Shown here one piece after another: positions 40,033 through 49,635 of a stretch of 64,000 bases of DNA. The notes below the pieces were generated by a model that was not told the DNA's origin, searched no databases, and saw only the letters and a list, made by a program, of their open reading frames with translations. The position numbers were made by a program, and so were the translations under genes. The DNA lies in NCBI GenBank assembly GCA_903899985.1, contig CAIULL010000126.1, forward strand, positions 170-64,169, given 5' to 3'. Source of the DNA: an uncultured Schlesneria sp. Lineage in GTDB: Bacteria; Planctomycetota; Planctomycetia; Planctomycetales; Planctomycetaceae. Within the stretch, counting starts at the first letter, position 1; the number at the start of each line of letters is the position of its first letter.

Positions 40033-40329
40033 GGGATCGTCCTCGTGTTTGAAGCCAGTTTGGAGACAATGGGATTGTAGATACCGGGCAAATCGAATCC
40101 GCTCCGATACCTTTCCATCGTTACCAGTATGCATCCACGACGTGAATTTGTGAAACACTCAAATCCATACGCGAAGTTTCTTCACGAAGAATTCAGGTTC
40201 AGCGGAGATGTGGTCAGACAGTTCAATGCGTCGCTGAAGGTTGCACGATCGTTTTTTCGGTGACAGGTCGGCCGAAGGGTCTTCGTACACGGACGTTTTT
40301 AAATCGATCAATCGATCACGAAAATCTGA

Positions 40330-41262
40330 TTACGATTGATTTTTCACCGCGATGCTCGCTGAATCGTCATCCACGGGGGTCGTCTCGGTTCTTGCCTCTT
40401 GCAATTTTCGGGGTGCGGTCTGCACATAGGTCACCATCACCAGGATGCCCACCAGGGCAAGGATCTGGATCGCGGTGATGCGCTCGCCGTCCGCTCGACC
40501 CCACATCACGGCTCCGATCGGGACGAGATTCGTTGTCATCCCGGCAAAAAGCGGACCCTGGTCCTGGACGAGACGATTAAAAAGAAACGTGGCGATTCCC
40601 GTCCCGACGACCCCAAGGATTCCCACAGCGAGCAATGCGGAACCGAGTTGATCCACATTCGCCGTCCGATGGTTACGAACCGCCATCGCGAGTGGCAACA
40701 GGATGCTTCCCGCAGTCGCCAGACAGATCAGTGTGAGCTCAAGCGGTGGAAGGTGCCGTAGATATCGCCGGATAATACTGTTGGCAGTCGAGTAAGTCAG
40801 CGGCACGCTGATTGCGAAAAGAATATCGGCGACGGGAACCGAATGACGTCCGTAATCAAACATCAAGGCCATCAGGCACGCGAGCGCCCCGATCACTCCG
40901 ATCGTTTGCCGGAAGGTTGGCAAGATCCCAAGAATTGGAATTGAGACCAGAATTGTCAGTAGTGGCGTCAGTCCGACAGTCAGGCCGACGAACGCACCGC
41001 CGTGGCGAGCCACCAGTTCCGGTTGGATCGAGTGTGGCCAGACAAATCCCAGAAAGACAACTCCCATCAATGGCAACAGGTCACATCGCCGAATGGTCCA
41101 GGGTTGCTTCAAAACCAGAAAGATCAGTGCGAGCACAAGCGTTCCGCCAATGGCTCGACCCGCACCGACGCCAATCGGTGAAAGACATTCCATCGCGCGT
41201 TTCATCAAAATGAAACTGCTGCCCCAGATCAGACAGATTACCGAGAACCAGAAATACGGCAT
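40330..41262 (-). CDS. DMT/EamA-family transporter
   Basis: CLIWGSSFILMK, about ten TMs, LGVVGTGIATFLFNRLV. Confidence 0.88.
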   Translation of the reverse strand: MPYFWFSVICLIWGSSFILMKRAMECLSPIGVGAGRAIGGTLVLALIFLVLKQPWTIRRCDLLPLMGVVFLGFVWPHSIQPELVARHGGAFVGLTVGLTPLLTILVSIPILGILPTFRQTIGVIGALACLMALMFDYGRHSVPVADILFAISVPLTYSTANSIIRRYLRHLPPLELTLICLATAGSILLPLAMAVRNHRTANVDQLGSALLAVGILGVVGTGIATFLFNRLVQDQGPLFAGMTTNLVPIGAVMWGRADGERITAIQILALVGILVMVTYVQTAPRKLQEARTETTPVDDDSASIAVKNQS

Positions 41263-41278
41263 TTCTCACCAAAAATGA

Positions 41279-42040
41279 TCACGTTGACATTTCCCAACTG
41301 TGGCCATCCCACGCGATGACCTGCTCAAGGAACTGACTGACTCCAGCAGAAAACGTCTGAAACAACGCCTCTCCCTTTTCCGGAGTTGCTGCGTTCGGCT
41401 GCCCGATATGACCGGGAGCCGTACGATCCTTCGTTGTCCAGCCTCGGTACGCTGGCTCAAATGCAAACCCGAATTCAACCGGCTTCACGTGGCTGATCCC
41501 CTTCACCAATTGGGGTGCCAGCCTCATGATCATGGACGTTTCCCACTCACATGCGTGTCCCATTTGAGTCTGGACAAGATCCGACCGGACCTGGTTCGGT
41601 TTTCCATGATCCCAGTAAGTGGCAAACAACAGCAACAAGTCTTGTCGAGTACGATGCCGCTGGCGTACCTCGAACACCGCCTGTTTGCCAGGTGTCGAAT
41701 TTCCGCCATGCCCGTTCAACAACACAATCCGTCGAAACCCGTGTGCCAGCATGTTTTCCATCAGGTCATTTAACAGGTCGAGATAGACACGGGGGCTGGC
41801 CGACATCGTTCCCGGAAAATCCATGTGATGGTGCGAGTTTCCCAGCCACATCAGCGGCGCGAATAACACTCGATTCTTCATCGATTCGCTGACTCGACGG
41901 ACGACTTCGCCAAGCAGCATGCTGTCGGTAAAAACCGGCAGATGGTGGCCGTGCTGCTCAAGTGCCGCGACGGGAATCACGACCGGCAGGTCCCTGGAAA
42001 GGGCGTTGACTTCGGGCCAGGTGAGGTCACTTAAATTCAT
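41279..42040 (-). CDS. Creatininase (creatinine amidohydrolase)-family protein
   Basis: ALEQHGHHLPVFTD, GNSHHHMDFPGT, LNGHGGN, HACEWETS. Confidence 0.92.
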   Translation of the reverse strand: MNLSDLTWPEVNALSRDLPVVIPVAALEQHGHHLPVFTDSMLLGEVVRRVSESMKNRVLFAPLMWLGNSHHHMDFPGTMSASPRVYLDLLNDLMENMLAHGFRRIVLLNGHGGNSTPGKQAVFEVRQRHRTRQDLLLLFATYWDHGKPNQVRSDLVQTQMGHACEWETSMIMRLAPQLVKGISHVKPVEFGFAFEPAYRGWTTKDRTAPGHIGQPNAATPEKGEALFQTFSAGVSQFLEQVIAWDGHSWEMST

Positions 42041-42107
42041 CGTGTTAACTCCAACGCTCGTGCAGTCTGGGCTTGAGCCTCAATGATACGAATACCGAAC
42101 AACGTCG

Positions 42108-42437
42108 TCATTCGGCCGACGAATCGGGACGTAATGGCAGGTCCTTCAGTTCAGATAACTTGGGGAAACGGTCTCGATAAAGCCATCGCTCCCACCATCG
42201 TGCATGTCTTAAACGAAAATCGTCGCAGGCCACCGTACGCTGCTTGCCGCGACGGGTGACCAGCTTCACCTTCCCACCAGGAAGGACCTCGAACACGGCC
42301 CAGAATTTGTCGACTTGATACGAATACATTTCGCCTGCAGGAGCGGGATGGATATCAACAGCGCGCGGACCGGGATCGGTACTCTGTTTTGTGATCCGGA
42401 AGATCACAGGGTCGCCCGGTTTAAAACCGCTCTTCAT
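42108..42437 (-). CDS. Conserved hypothetical protein (SH3-like N-terminus)
   Basis: MKSGFKPGDPVIFR...PGPRA...VDKFWAV...TRRGK...ARWWERWLYRDRFP; coherent ORF, co-oriented with neighbours. Confidence 0.7.
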   Translation of the reverse strand: MKSGFKPGDPVIFRITKQSTDPGPRAVDIHPAPAGEMYSYQVDKFWAVFEVLPGGKVKLVTRRGKQRTVACDDFRLRHARWWERWLYRDRFPKLSELKDLPLRPDSSAE

Positions 42438-42735
42438 CTCGCTCCATCCGCGCCGAACTGGCAAGCAAACTCGATCGAAACTCTCGGGACACAATAGAGT
42501 CGACTAACTCATGCGACAAGGAGTCTGCTCAGAAAATTCCGAATTCAGGTTGGTATGAACGCGATCCATTCCGTCGCAAAGTGAACGTTTCGAGGTTTCA
42601 CATTTCGGGATGCCTGCTGCTTCGCAAGCCTCGTTCGAAGAAACCGACCGGCGAATTAACAGCAATGCCGACACACCCGCCTAAACTCTGAATAACCGAT
42701 CCATCACGGCCAAAATAATCCGTCACCGGGTGACC

Positions 42736-43971
42736 TTATGAAGCTTGAGTCGCCGAACGTATACAGAACTGGTAGTAAATTTCGGTCGCTTGATCGAGTT
42801 GTGAAATCTCGATCCATTCGTCTTTTGTATGAGCTTGTGCGATGTTGCCGGGGCCGAAGACAACGGACGGGACCCCTGCTCGCGCAAAGCGAGATGCGTG
42901 AGTTCCATACGGGACACCGATCGTTTTTCGCGGGCCGACCACCGCTTCAATCGCCTTCAATAATTCGAGTGACAACGCTCTGTTGTTATCGTCACCGAGT
43001 GCGGCGCTGGCACAATAGGGTGCATCGTGAATCACCTCGAAATCGAGTCGTGATCGCAGATGTTCGACCAGTTCGTCGATGACACCAAGCCGATCTTCCC
43101 CGGGGATGACTCGGCGATCAATTTCAATCGTACAGGCATCAGGAACGATGTTTACACTGCTTCCCCCATCGATTCGACCGACACTCAATGTCGCAGGACC
43201 GCAAAGAGGATGAGCGGGCCGAGAGCCAGGTAGCCAGGCTGCATACTCTTCCAGACATGCAACCACCTTCGCCATGCGGTAGATCGCGTTGATCCCTTCC
43301 TGGGGACGTGAACTATGGCAGGCTCGACCCGTTGTTCGCATCTTCCAGCGAGTCGCCCCGCGATGAGCGACGACGATATCAAGCTCTGTCGGTTCGGCGA
43401 CGATCGCCACATCGGGCCGGACCGGGCAAAGACGGTAGGACGCCGACTTTCCCGTCCAGCTGTCTGTCAGGTGATTGATACCAAGGCTTGTCGACTCTTC
43501 ATCACATGTCATCGACAACACGACATTCGGAATGCCGACAGGCCGTTCGTGAGCCAGTCGAGTGAACGCGGCCAGCATCGCCGCCAGGCCACCTTTGACA
43601 TCGCAGGACCCGCGGCCGTAAAGACGACCCGATTGCTCAATCGGATCAAACGGGGCGATTGTCATGCCATCCACCGGAACGGTGTCTTGATGAGCGTCCA
43701 GCAGTACGGTCCTGGTAGCGCCGGGCGAGTCGAGACGAGCCAGCACATTCGATCGACCCGGGACGATCTCGACTTGTTCGAATGGAACGCCAAGCTCCGT
43801 AAGATAACGGACAAGATATTCCGTGACGCGAGTTTCGAAGTACCCAGGTCCCGAGACGTCTCGCCCCATCGGGTTCACACTCGGGATGGCAATCAGGTCT
43901 TTGAGTAACTTTAAGGAGACTGACAAAGGAGCGGATCCTGACAACGAGTTCTCGAACGGTTTTTCATTCAA
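42736..43971 (-). CDS. M20-family metallopeptidase/deacylase (ArgE/DapE-like)
   Basis: LLDAHQDTVP, YGRGSCDVKGG, CDEE, VAEPT, HSSRP, AHTKDEW. Confidence 0.92.
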   Translation of the reverse strand: MNEKPFENSLSGSAPLSVSLKLLKDLIAIPSVNPMGRDVSGPGYFETRVTEYLVRYLTELGVPFEQVEIVPGRSNVLARLDSPGATRTVLLDAHQDTVPVDGMTIAPFDPIEQSGRLYGRGSCDVKGGLAAMLAAFTRLAHERPVGIPNVVLSMTCDEESTSLGINHLTDSWTGKSASYRLCPVRPDVAIVAEPTELDIVVAHRGATRWKMRTTGRACHSSRPQEGINAIYRMAKVVACLEEYAAWLPGSRPAHPLCGPATLSVGRIDGGSSVNIVPDACTIEIDRRVIPGEDRLGVIDELVEHLRSRLDFEVIHDAPYCASAALGDDNNRALSLELLKAIEAVVGPRKTIGVPYGTHASRFARAGVPSVVFGPGNIAQAHTKDEWIEISQLDQATEIYYQFCIRSATQAS

Positions 43972-44206
43972 CGACCAGACCTATGCTGTCCGGAAGACTT
44001 TAGCCGTTCGCATCGCAGTTTCACATTCTAAATGGTTGATGCGTCGCAATTCCGAAGCCGCTCTTCATTCCTCTTTGTCTGAAAACGGTCACTGACGTCC
44101 AACGCATCTTAGTTCGGACGTCGGCATGCCACGGTGGACAGGGGCCCGTCCTCGACTTCAGGCCACGACTGCACTCCCCTTTTGCAACTTTTTCAATCGA
44201 GAATGC

Positions 44207-44221
44207 TTGTAATCGTTACAA
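44207..44221. promoter_or_regulatory. Palindrome upstream of the sigma-54 promoter, candidate activator site
   Basis: TTGTAA-TCG-TTACAA, about 120 bp upstream of the -24 element. Confidence 0.45.
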
Positions 44222-44337
44222 TTCCGAGGCTTCAAAAAAGGTTCACACTCGATAACGTCGAAGTTCCTGCATGAAAACAGGCTGTTTTTCAGGGGTGTTC
44301 GCGATTCGGCGAAAAAATCTTTCAAGAAATACCCTTT

Positions 44338-44353
44338 TGGCACGCCGACTGCT
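44338..44353 (+). promoter_or_regulatory. Sigma-54 (-24/-12) promoter
   Basis: TGGCACGCCGACTGCT matches TGGCACG-N4-TTGCW with one mismatch and exact GG-N10-GC spacing. Confidence 0.75.
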
Positions 44354-44363
44354 TTAGTCAGCA

Positions 44364-44536
44364 TCGGAGTGAACAATCACCCAAGTGATTCACGCAACTA
44401 CTCTTCAGTAGTTCGAGATTCATACATCCTGCCGGCCTGAGGGAGACAGGCCAAGCACCCGCCTACAGCACACCTCGACTTTCCGCCTACACAGGCCGGT
44501 ACGTTGCCCGCAGCGTACCGGCCTCTCGCCTTCTTT
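44364..44536 (+). ncRNA. Putative sigma-54-dependent small RNA
   Basis: Four hairpins (44369-44393, 44396-44413, 44434-44452, 44493-44524) and a pyrimidine/U tail downstream of the promoter; no plausible plus-strand gene follows. Ends are estimates. Confidence 0.55.
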
Positions 44537-44559
44537 GGGTGTCAAAAACGTTGATCCTT

Positions 44560-44639
44560 CGTTAACCCGACGCGCGAGCGAGGGATCTTATTCCCGTTTA
44601 AAAGAAGAGCAGATCCCTCGCTTGCGCGTCGGGCTAACG
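44560..44639. repeat. REP-like inverted repeat (CCCGACGCGCGAGCGAGGGA family)
   Basis: CGTTAACCCGACGCGCGAGCGAGGGATCT ... AGATCCCTCGCTTGCGCGTCGGGCTAACG. Confidence 0.82.
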
Positions 44640-44661
44640 TTCAAGAATCGACGTGTCCTTC

Positions 44662-46155
44662 CTATTTCGCCCGTTTCACCAGATCGAGAAATCGTCCATA
44701 GGCATCGTTCCATTGCGCCGTGTTCTGCGGTTCGTACCGCTGCATCGTGGAGGAAGCTCGGACGATGTCGCGGATCTGGCCCAGTGAACCGACCGAACCG
44801 CTGGTTCGTGCCTGAACCAGAACGTTGCCGAGTGCCGTGGCTTCGACCGGACCCGTGATGACCGGTCGGCCTGTGGCGTTGGCGGTGAATTGATTGAGCA
44901 ATTCATTCTGAGTCCCTCCACCTACGATGTGGATGACTTCAGTCTTCTCACCAGACAATTCTTCGAGCCAGCCAAGGACCATTCGATACTTGAGTGCCAG
45001 GCTTTCCAGGGCACAGCGGATCAGGCCTCCGTCCGTATCCGGAATTTCCTGATTCGTCGCACGGCACCAATCCCGAATCGCCTCGGGCATATCATGCGGT
45101 GCCAGAAAGGCAGGGGAATCAGGATCGACGAAAGCTCGGAACGGTCTGGCATCGCGAGCAACCTGAGCCAGCAACCCGTAGTCATAAGCAGAACCGCTCC
45201 GTTCGAACGACTTGCGGCATTCCTGCACCAGCCACAAACCCATGATGTTCTTCAGCAGTCGGTATGTCCCATCAATCCCACCTTCGTTGGTGACGTTCAG
45301 CTCGAGCGCCCGCTGAGTCAGGACTGCATGCGGCAATTCGAGACCCATCAGCGACCAGGTTCCTGAGCTGATATAGGCCCAGTTCGCTGATCCCGTTCGT
45401 TCCGTCGGAACGGCAGCGATGGCGGCACCAGTATCATGCGTGGCGGGGGCGACAACTTCGAGACGAGGCAAGCCGGCCCGTCTGGCGACATCCTCACGTA
45501 ATCTTCCCAGCTTCGTTCCTGGTGCGACAACTTCGGGGAACATCTGCGTCGGAAGCCCAAGCTTTCGCAGCATGTCGATCGACCAGTTTCGATTTGTGGG
45601 ATGATACATTTGCGACGTGGTCGCATTCGTGAATTCGACAACTCGACTTCCCGACAACAGCCAGTGAAAGAAGTCAGGAATCATCAGAAACTTGTCGGCC
45701 ATTTCGACCAGAGCCGGGTTTGTCTGATTCATCGCCAGCAACTGGTACAGCGAGTTAATCTCCATGAACTGCAGGCCGGTATTGGCAAAGACCTCGGCTC
45801 GCGGAACACGCTGGAACGTATGTTCCATGACGCCACGAGTTCTCGCGTCGCGATAGTGGTAGGGTTGCCCCAGCATTTCGCCGGTCTTTGAGAGCAGCAC
45901 GAAATCGACCCCCCATGTGTCGACTCCGACGGAAACAATGTTCTGTCCGAAGCGGGCAGCCGCCTTTTGAAGTCCAACCTGGATCTGCGACCACAGCCTT
46001 AACAGATCCCAGCGCATCGTATCGGCGACGTTGACAGGTCCGTTCGAAAATCGATGCAGTTCTTCCAGGCGAATGTGCTGACCATCGAACATCCCCGCCA
46101 TGACACGGCCACTTTCCGCACCCAAATCGATCGCCAGATAAACCTGTTCTGCCAT
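44662..46155 (-). CDS. rhaB: Rhamnulokinase (FGGY carbohydrate kinase)
   Basis: [70 protein letters not shown]. Confidence 0.9.
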   Translation of the reverse strand: MAEQVYLAIDLGAESGRVMAGMFDGQHIRLEELHRFSNGPVNVADTMRWDLLRLWSQIQVGLQKAAARFGQNIVSVGVDTWGVDFVLLSKTGEMLGQPYHYRDARTRGVMEHTFQRVPRAEVFANTGLQFMEINSLYQLLAMNQTNPALVEMADKFLMIPDFFHWLLSGSRVVEFTNATTSQMYHPTNRNWSIDMLRKLGLPTQMFPEVVAPGTKLGRLREDVARRAGLPRLEVVAPATHDTGAAIAAVPTERTGSANWAYISSGTWSLMGLELPHAVLTQRALELNVTNEGGIDGTYRLLKNIMGLWLVQECRKSFERSGSAYDYGLLAQVARDARPFRAFVDPDSPAFLAPHDMPEAIRDWCRATNQEIPDTDGGLIRCALESLALKYRMVLGWLEELSGEKTEVIHIVGGGTQNELLNQFTANATGRPVITGPVEATALGNVLVQARTSGSVGSLGQIRDIVRASSTMQRYEPQNTAQWNDAYGRFLDLVKRAK

Positions 46156-46237
46156 GTCCGAACTCTCTTGTTGTTTAACCTGTTGTTTAAGAAATCAGTC
46201 AATTCAGTATTTGAGCAACTCTCATTTGCCAGCGACG

Positions 46238-46702
46238 TCAGTCAATCAGTTCAAAGATCGTTTCGACTTCGACGGCGATGTTTGCCGGAAGTGATCCCAT
46301 ACCGACGGCGCTGCGTGCTCCTCGACCTTTGACTTCGCCCCAGATTTCGACCATCAGATTACTGAAGCCATTGATGACCTGCGGATGGCTGCCGAAATCT
46401 GGCGTCGAATTCACCATGCCCAGTGTTTTCACCAGCCGGTCGATTCGGTCGAGTGACCCAAGTTCGCGACGAAGTGTCGACAGCATCGTCAGCCCCACCT
46501 GACGCGCCGCCTGATAGGCCTCGGCTTCGGTCATCGAGTCACCGACTTTTCCCGTAATCATTGAACCGTCGGATCGAAGTGGGCCGTGTCCGGAGACGTA
46601 TGCCAGCTTCCCCACGATCAAAACCGGATGATAAATCCCGCCGGGCTTCGGGGCTGGCGGAAGTTCAAGTTGTAATTCGGCGACGCGGGCTTCGGCACTC
46701 AT
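46238..46702 (-). CDS. RidA/YjgF-family protein
   Basis: YVSGHGP, HPQVINGFS, GARSAVGMGSLPANIAVEVE. Confidence 0.9.
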   Translation of the reverse strand: MSAEARVAELQLELPPAPKPGGIYHPVLIVGKLAYVSGHGPLRSDGSMITGKVGDSMTEAEAYQAARQVGLTMLSTLRRELGSLDRIDRLVKTLGMVNSTPDFGSHPQVINGFSNLMVEIWGEVKGRGARSAVGMGSLPANIAVEVETIFELID

Positions 46703-46810
46703 TCAAAATCCTTTCGGTCAAGGGGAGATCGGAGCAGGCCAGCCATCATAACCACGAGTCACGTGCTGATATACTGAAGCGAGCATACGGAAAATTGCGA
46801 AAAACTCAGC

Positions 46811-47620
46811 TTACCAGTGCATCACGAAACCACCATCGATGTTGATTGTCTGGCCAGTCATTTCGGAGGCCCGGTCAGACGACAGAAACGTCACCAGATT
46901 GGCAACATCTTCCGGCCGTTGCCAGCGTCCCAGAGGGATCACATTTCGAACTTTTTCGTTGGCCCAGTCCTCATAGCTGCGTTGCAGCTCCGGCGGTTGC
47001 TGGTCGTTCCAGGCTTGCCAGACCGACCGATTCAGCGGCGTTTGAACCATGCCGGGACAGACAGTGTTGACTCGTATTCCATGCCGGGCCAGGTCCTTTG
47101 CCAGGCACTGCGCAAAATTGATGTTCGCCGCTTTGCTCGCGCTATACGGTGGATCGGTCTGAGATCCAATCTGGCCGGCGACGGATGCGATAAAAATCAT
47201 CGAACCACTGCGGCGGGGAATCATACGGGGTGCAATCGAGTGTGCGACATGCACCATGCCCAAGATATTAACGTTAAGAACTCGATTCCAATCGACAGGA
47301 TCAACATTTGTAAACGGAAATCCAAATTTTCCGGACGAAACCGCAGCAGCATGAACAACCAGATCAACTGGTCCGAGTTGCTGTTCCGTCTGATCAGCGG
47401 CCGATTCAACGGCCTCCAGTCGGCTGACATCGACCGTCAGCCCCAGTGAAGGGACGCCGAAATCCTGGTTCAGTTTCGAAGCGGCCTCACCACTCTGCGA
47501 AGAAGCATCCCAGATGCCGACACGGCATCCTTCGCGGGCGAGTTCGGTGGCACAGGCCAATCCGATACCACTTGCTCCCCCCGTGATGACGGCGACTTTA
47601 CCGCTTAACTGAAGGTCCAT
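46811..47620 (-). CDS. Short-chain dehydrogenase/reductase
   Basis: ITGGASGIG, IASVAG, YSASK, VNTVCPG, GQTINIDGG. Confidence 0.92.
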   Translation of the reverse strand: MDLQLSGKVAVITGGASGIGLACATELAREGCRVGIWDASSQSGEAASKLNQDFGVPSLGLTVDVSRLEAVESAADQTEQQLGPVDLVVHAAAVSSGKFGFPFTNVDPVDWNRVLNVNILGMVHVAHSIAPRMIPRRSGSMIFIASVAGQIGSQTDPPYSASKAANINFAQCLAKDLARHGIRVNTVCPGMVQTPLNRSVWQAWNDQQPPELQRSYEDWANEKVRNVIPLGRWQRPEDVANLVTFLSSDRASEMTGQTINIDGGFVMHW

Positions 47621-47847
47621 CCATTTTCTCCCGACTCAAAATGGGGTTCCGGCGAAGATTTACCGTCGTTACCCAGTTAGCAGCAGATTTCAAAATTCCC
47701 GGTACACTGTTTTGAGCACAGAGTAATACGCTGGGGTCAGATTGTCTTGTTCATCGGTTTGGCCTTGGAATTGGCGTTGGCGGATTCCGGAAGGTATCCT
47801 CTGTTTTGTTGGGAGTAAAAAGTTGCGGTTCGCATGAACGGTTGAAG

Positions 47848-48285
47848 ATGTCATTGAACACAGAGGCGGGCACTGTCGCTAAAACTCGGAAGCTGCTGTC
47901 GGATTGCGGCTTGCGAACGACAGCGGCTCGTTTGGCCGTAATGCATTGGCTGCAACGAGCGAACTCGCCCGCGACACATGCCGAGATTTCTGCCGACCTG
48001 GTTCCCCAGGGTATCGACAAGGCCACCGTGCTGCGCAATCTGACCGACCTTGTTGAAGCAGGACTGGTGACACGTAAAGAACTGGGTGATCACGTCTGGC
48101 GATTTGAACTGCGCGATGTCTCTCATCCAGACGGTTGCCAACACGCCCATTTTATCTGCGTCGATTGTGGTCGCGTTACCTGCCTTCACCAATTCGATTT
48201 CCCGAAATCGGCGCTCAAGTCCGTAACGGAAGTTGGTAGCGTGACCGAAATCCTGATCCGCGGACAATGTTCGCTTTGCCAATGA
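47848..48285 (+). CDS. Fur-family metalloregulator
   Basis: GLRTTAARLAV, TVLRNLTDLVEAGLV, HAHFICVDCG, GQCSLC. Confidence 0.9.
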   Translation: MSLNTEAGTVAKTRKLLSDCGLRTTAARLAVMHWLQRANSPATHAEISADLVPQGIDKATVLRNLTDLVEAGLVTRKELGDHVWRFELRDVSHPDGCQHAHFICVDCGRVTCLHQFDFPKSALKSVTEVGSVTEILIRGQCSLCQ

Positions 48286-49478
48286 AAGAAGAAATGTCGA
48301 AGCGAGTTGTGCTGGCAATGAGTGGTGGAGTCGACAGTTCTGCCTCGGCCGTGCTGTTGAAAGAGCAGGGGTACGAAGTCATCGGGCTTTTCATGCGCTC
48401 AGGCGCTGTCGAAGAAACCGCCTGTCGCGTCGAACCTAAGGCAAACCTGGTGGCATCCGGTGCGATCTCGGGAGAAGAATCGACACAGACGGCTTCAGCG
48501 GTACTTCCAACGCTGCCGATCCTCGGGACAAAGTCCAACAAACAAGGGTGCTGCAGTGCTTCGGACGCTGCCGATGCGCGTCGCGTGGCGGATGTGCTTG
48601 ATATCCCCTTTCACGCACTGAACTTTTCGGATGCGTTCGGCCGGATCAAGGATTATTTCGTCGATGAATATCTCGCGGGACGAACCCCCAATCCCTGCGT
48701 GATGTGTAACAACTGGCTGAAGTTCGGCAAGCTTTGGGACTTTGCCGTCAGCGTAGGAGCCGACTTGATCGCGACGGGGCACTACGCCCGAATTCAGACA
48801 ATCGATGGCCAGCCCGCCCTGCTGAGAGGTCGCGATCTCACCAAGGACCAGTCGTACGTGCTGGCGGGGATCAATCGCAATATCCTCGATCGAATCCTGT
48901 TTCCAGTCGGCGATTTCAATAAGCCCGAGATTCGCGAACTGGCGGCACAGGCGGGCCTGCGAGTGGCAACCAAGCCCGACAGCCAGGAAATCTGCTTCAT
49001 CCCTGACAACGACTATGTAGGGTTTCTGGAACGTTACCGGGGTCGACCCGACATGTCGGGAGAGTTCGTTGACCCGGCAGGTAAAGTTCTTGGAAAGCAT
49101 TCCGGTTTCGATCAATTTACGATCGGACAACGGCGCGGACTGGGGATCACGTTTGGTGAACCTCGCTTCGTCATCCGGATCGAACCGGAAACACGTCGCG
49201 TTGTCCTGGGGACTCATCAAGACCTGGCCTGTCGTGAACTGGAAGCGGACGGAATCAGTTGGCTGGTCGATGGCCTTCCCGATGAATTCGATTGTCTGGC
49301 TCAGATCCGTTATCAGCACACGGCAGCAGTTGCTCATGTCGTACGAGTGGCACCAGATCACGTGCGAGTGAATTTCACCGAAGCACAATTCGGTGTTGCA
49401 CCTGGTCAGGCATTAGTCCTTTATGAAGGGGATCGGGTTCTGGGTGGTGGCTGGATTCGACAAAGCGAAAGCCGCTGA
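48282..49478 (+). CDS. mnmA: tRNA-specific 2-thiouridylase MnmA
   Basis: AMSGGVDSS, GCCS, TPNPCVMCN, IATGHYA, KDQSY, KPDSQEICF, GQRRGL, PGQALVLY. Confidence 0.96.
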   Translation: MKEEMSKRVVLAMSGGVDSSASAVLLKEQGYEVIGLFMRSGAVEETACRVEPKANLVASGAISGEESTQTASAVLPTLPILGTKSNKQGCCSASDAADARRVADVLDIPFHALNFSDAFGRIKDYFVDEYLAGRTPNPCVMCNNWLKFGKLWDFAVSVGADLIATGHYARIQTIDGQPALLRGRDLTKDQSYVLAGINRNILDRILFPVGDFNKPEIRELAAQAGLRVATKPDSQEICFIPDNDYVGFLERYRGRPDMSGEFVDPAGKVLGKHSGFDQFTIGQRRGLGITFGEPRFVIRIEPETRRVVLGTHQDLACRELEADGISWLVDGLPDEFDCLAQIRYQHTAAVAHVVRVAPDHVRVNFTEAQFGVAPGQALVLYEGDRVLGGGWIRQSESR

Positions 49479-49635
49479 ATTCGACTTCGCAATTTCGAAG
49501 TCGTCGAAACGCCCCGCAGAATGATCTAGGCGAAAAATCGTGCATTCAGTAAACCAAAGACGACCGAAAAGTATCGTCTTAGTTCATACGATCTGGCTCG
49601 AGTAGTCGCGTGAAGTCAGGCACGAAAGGTTCGAC

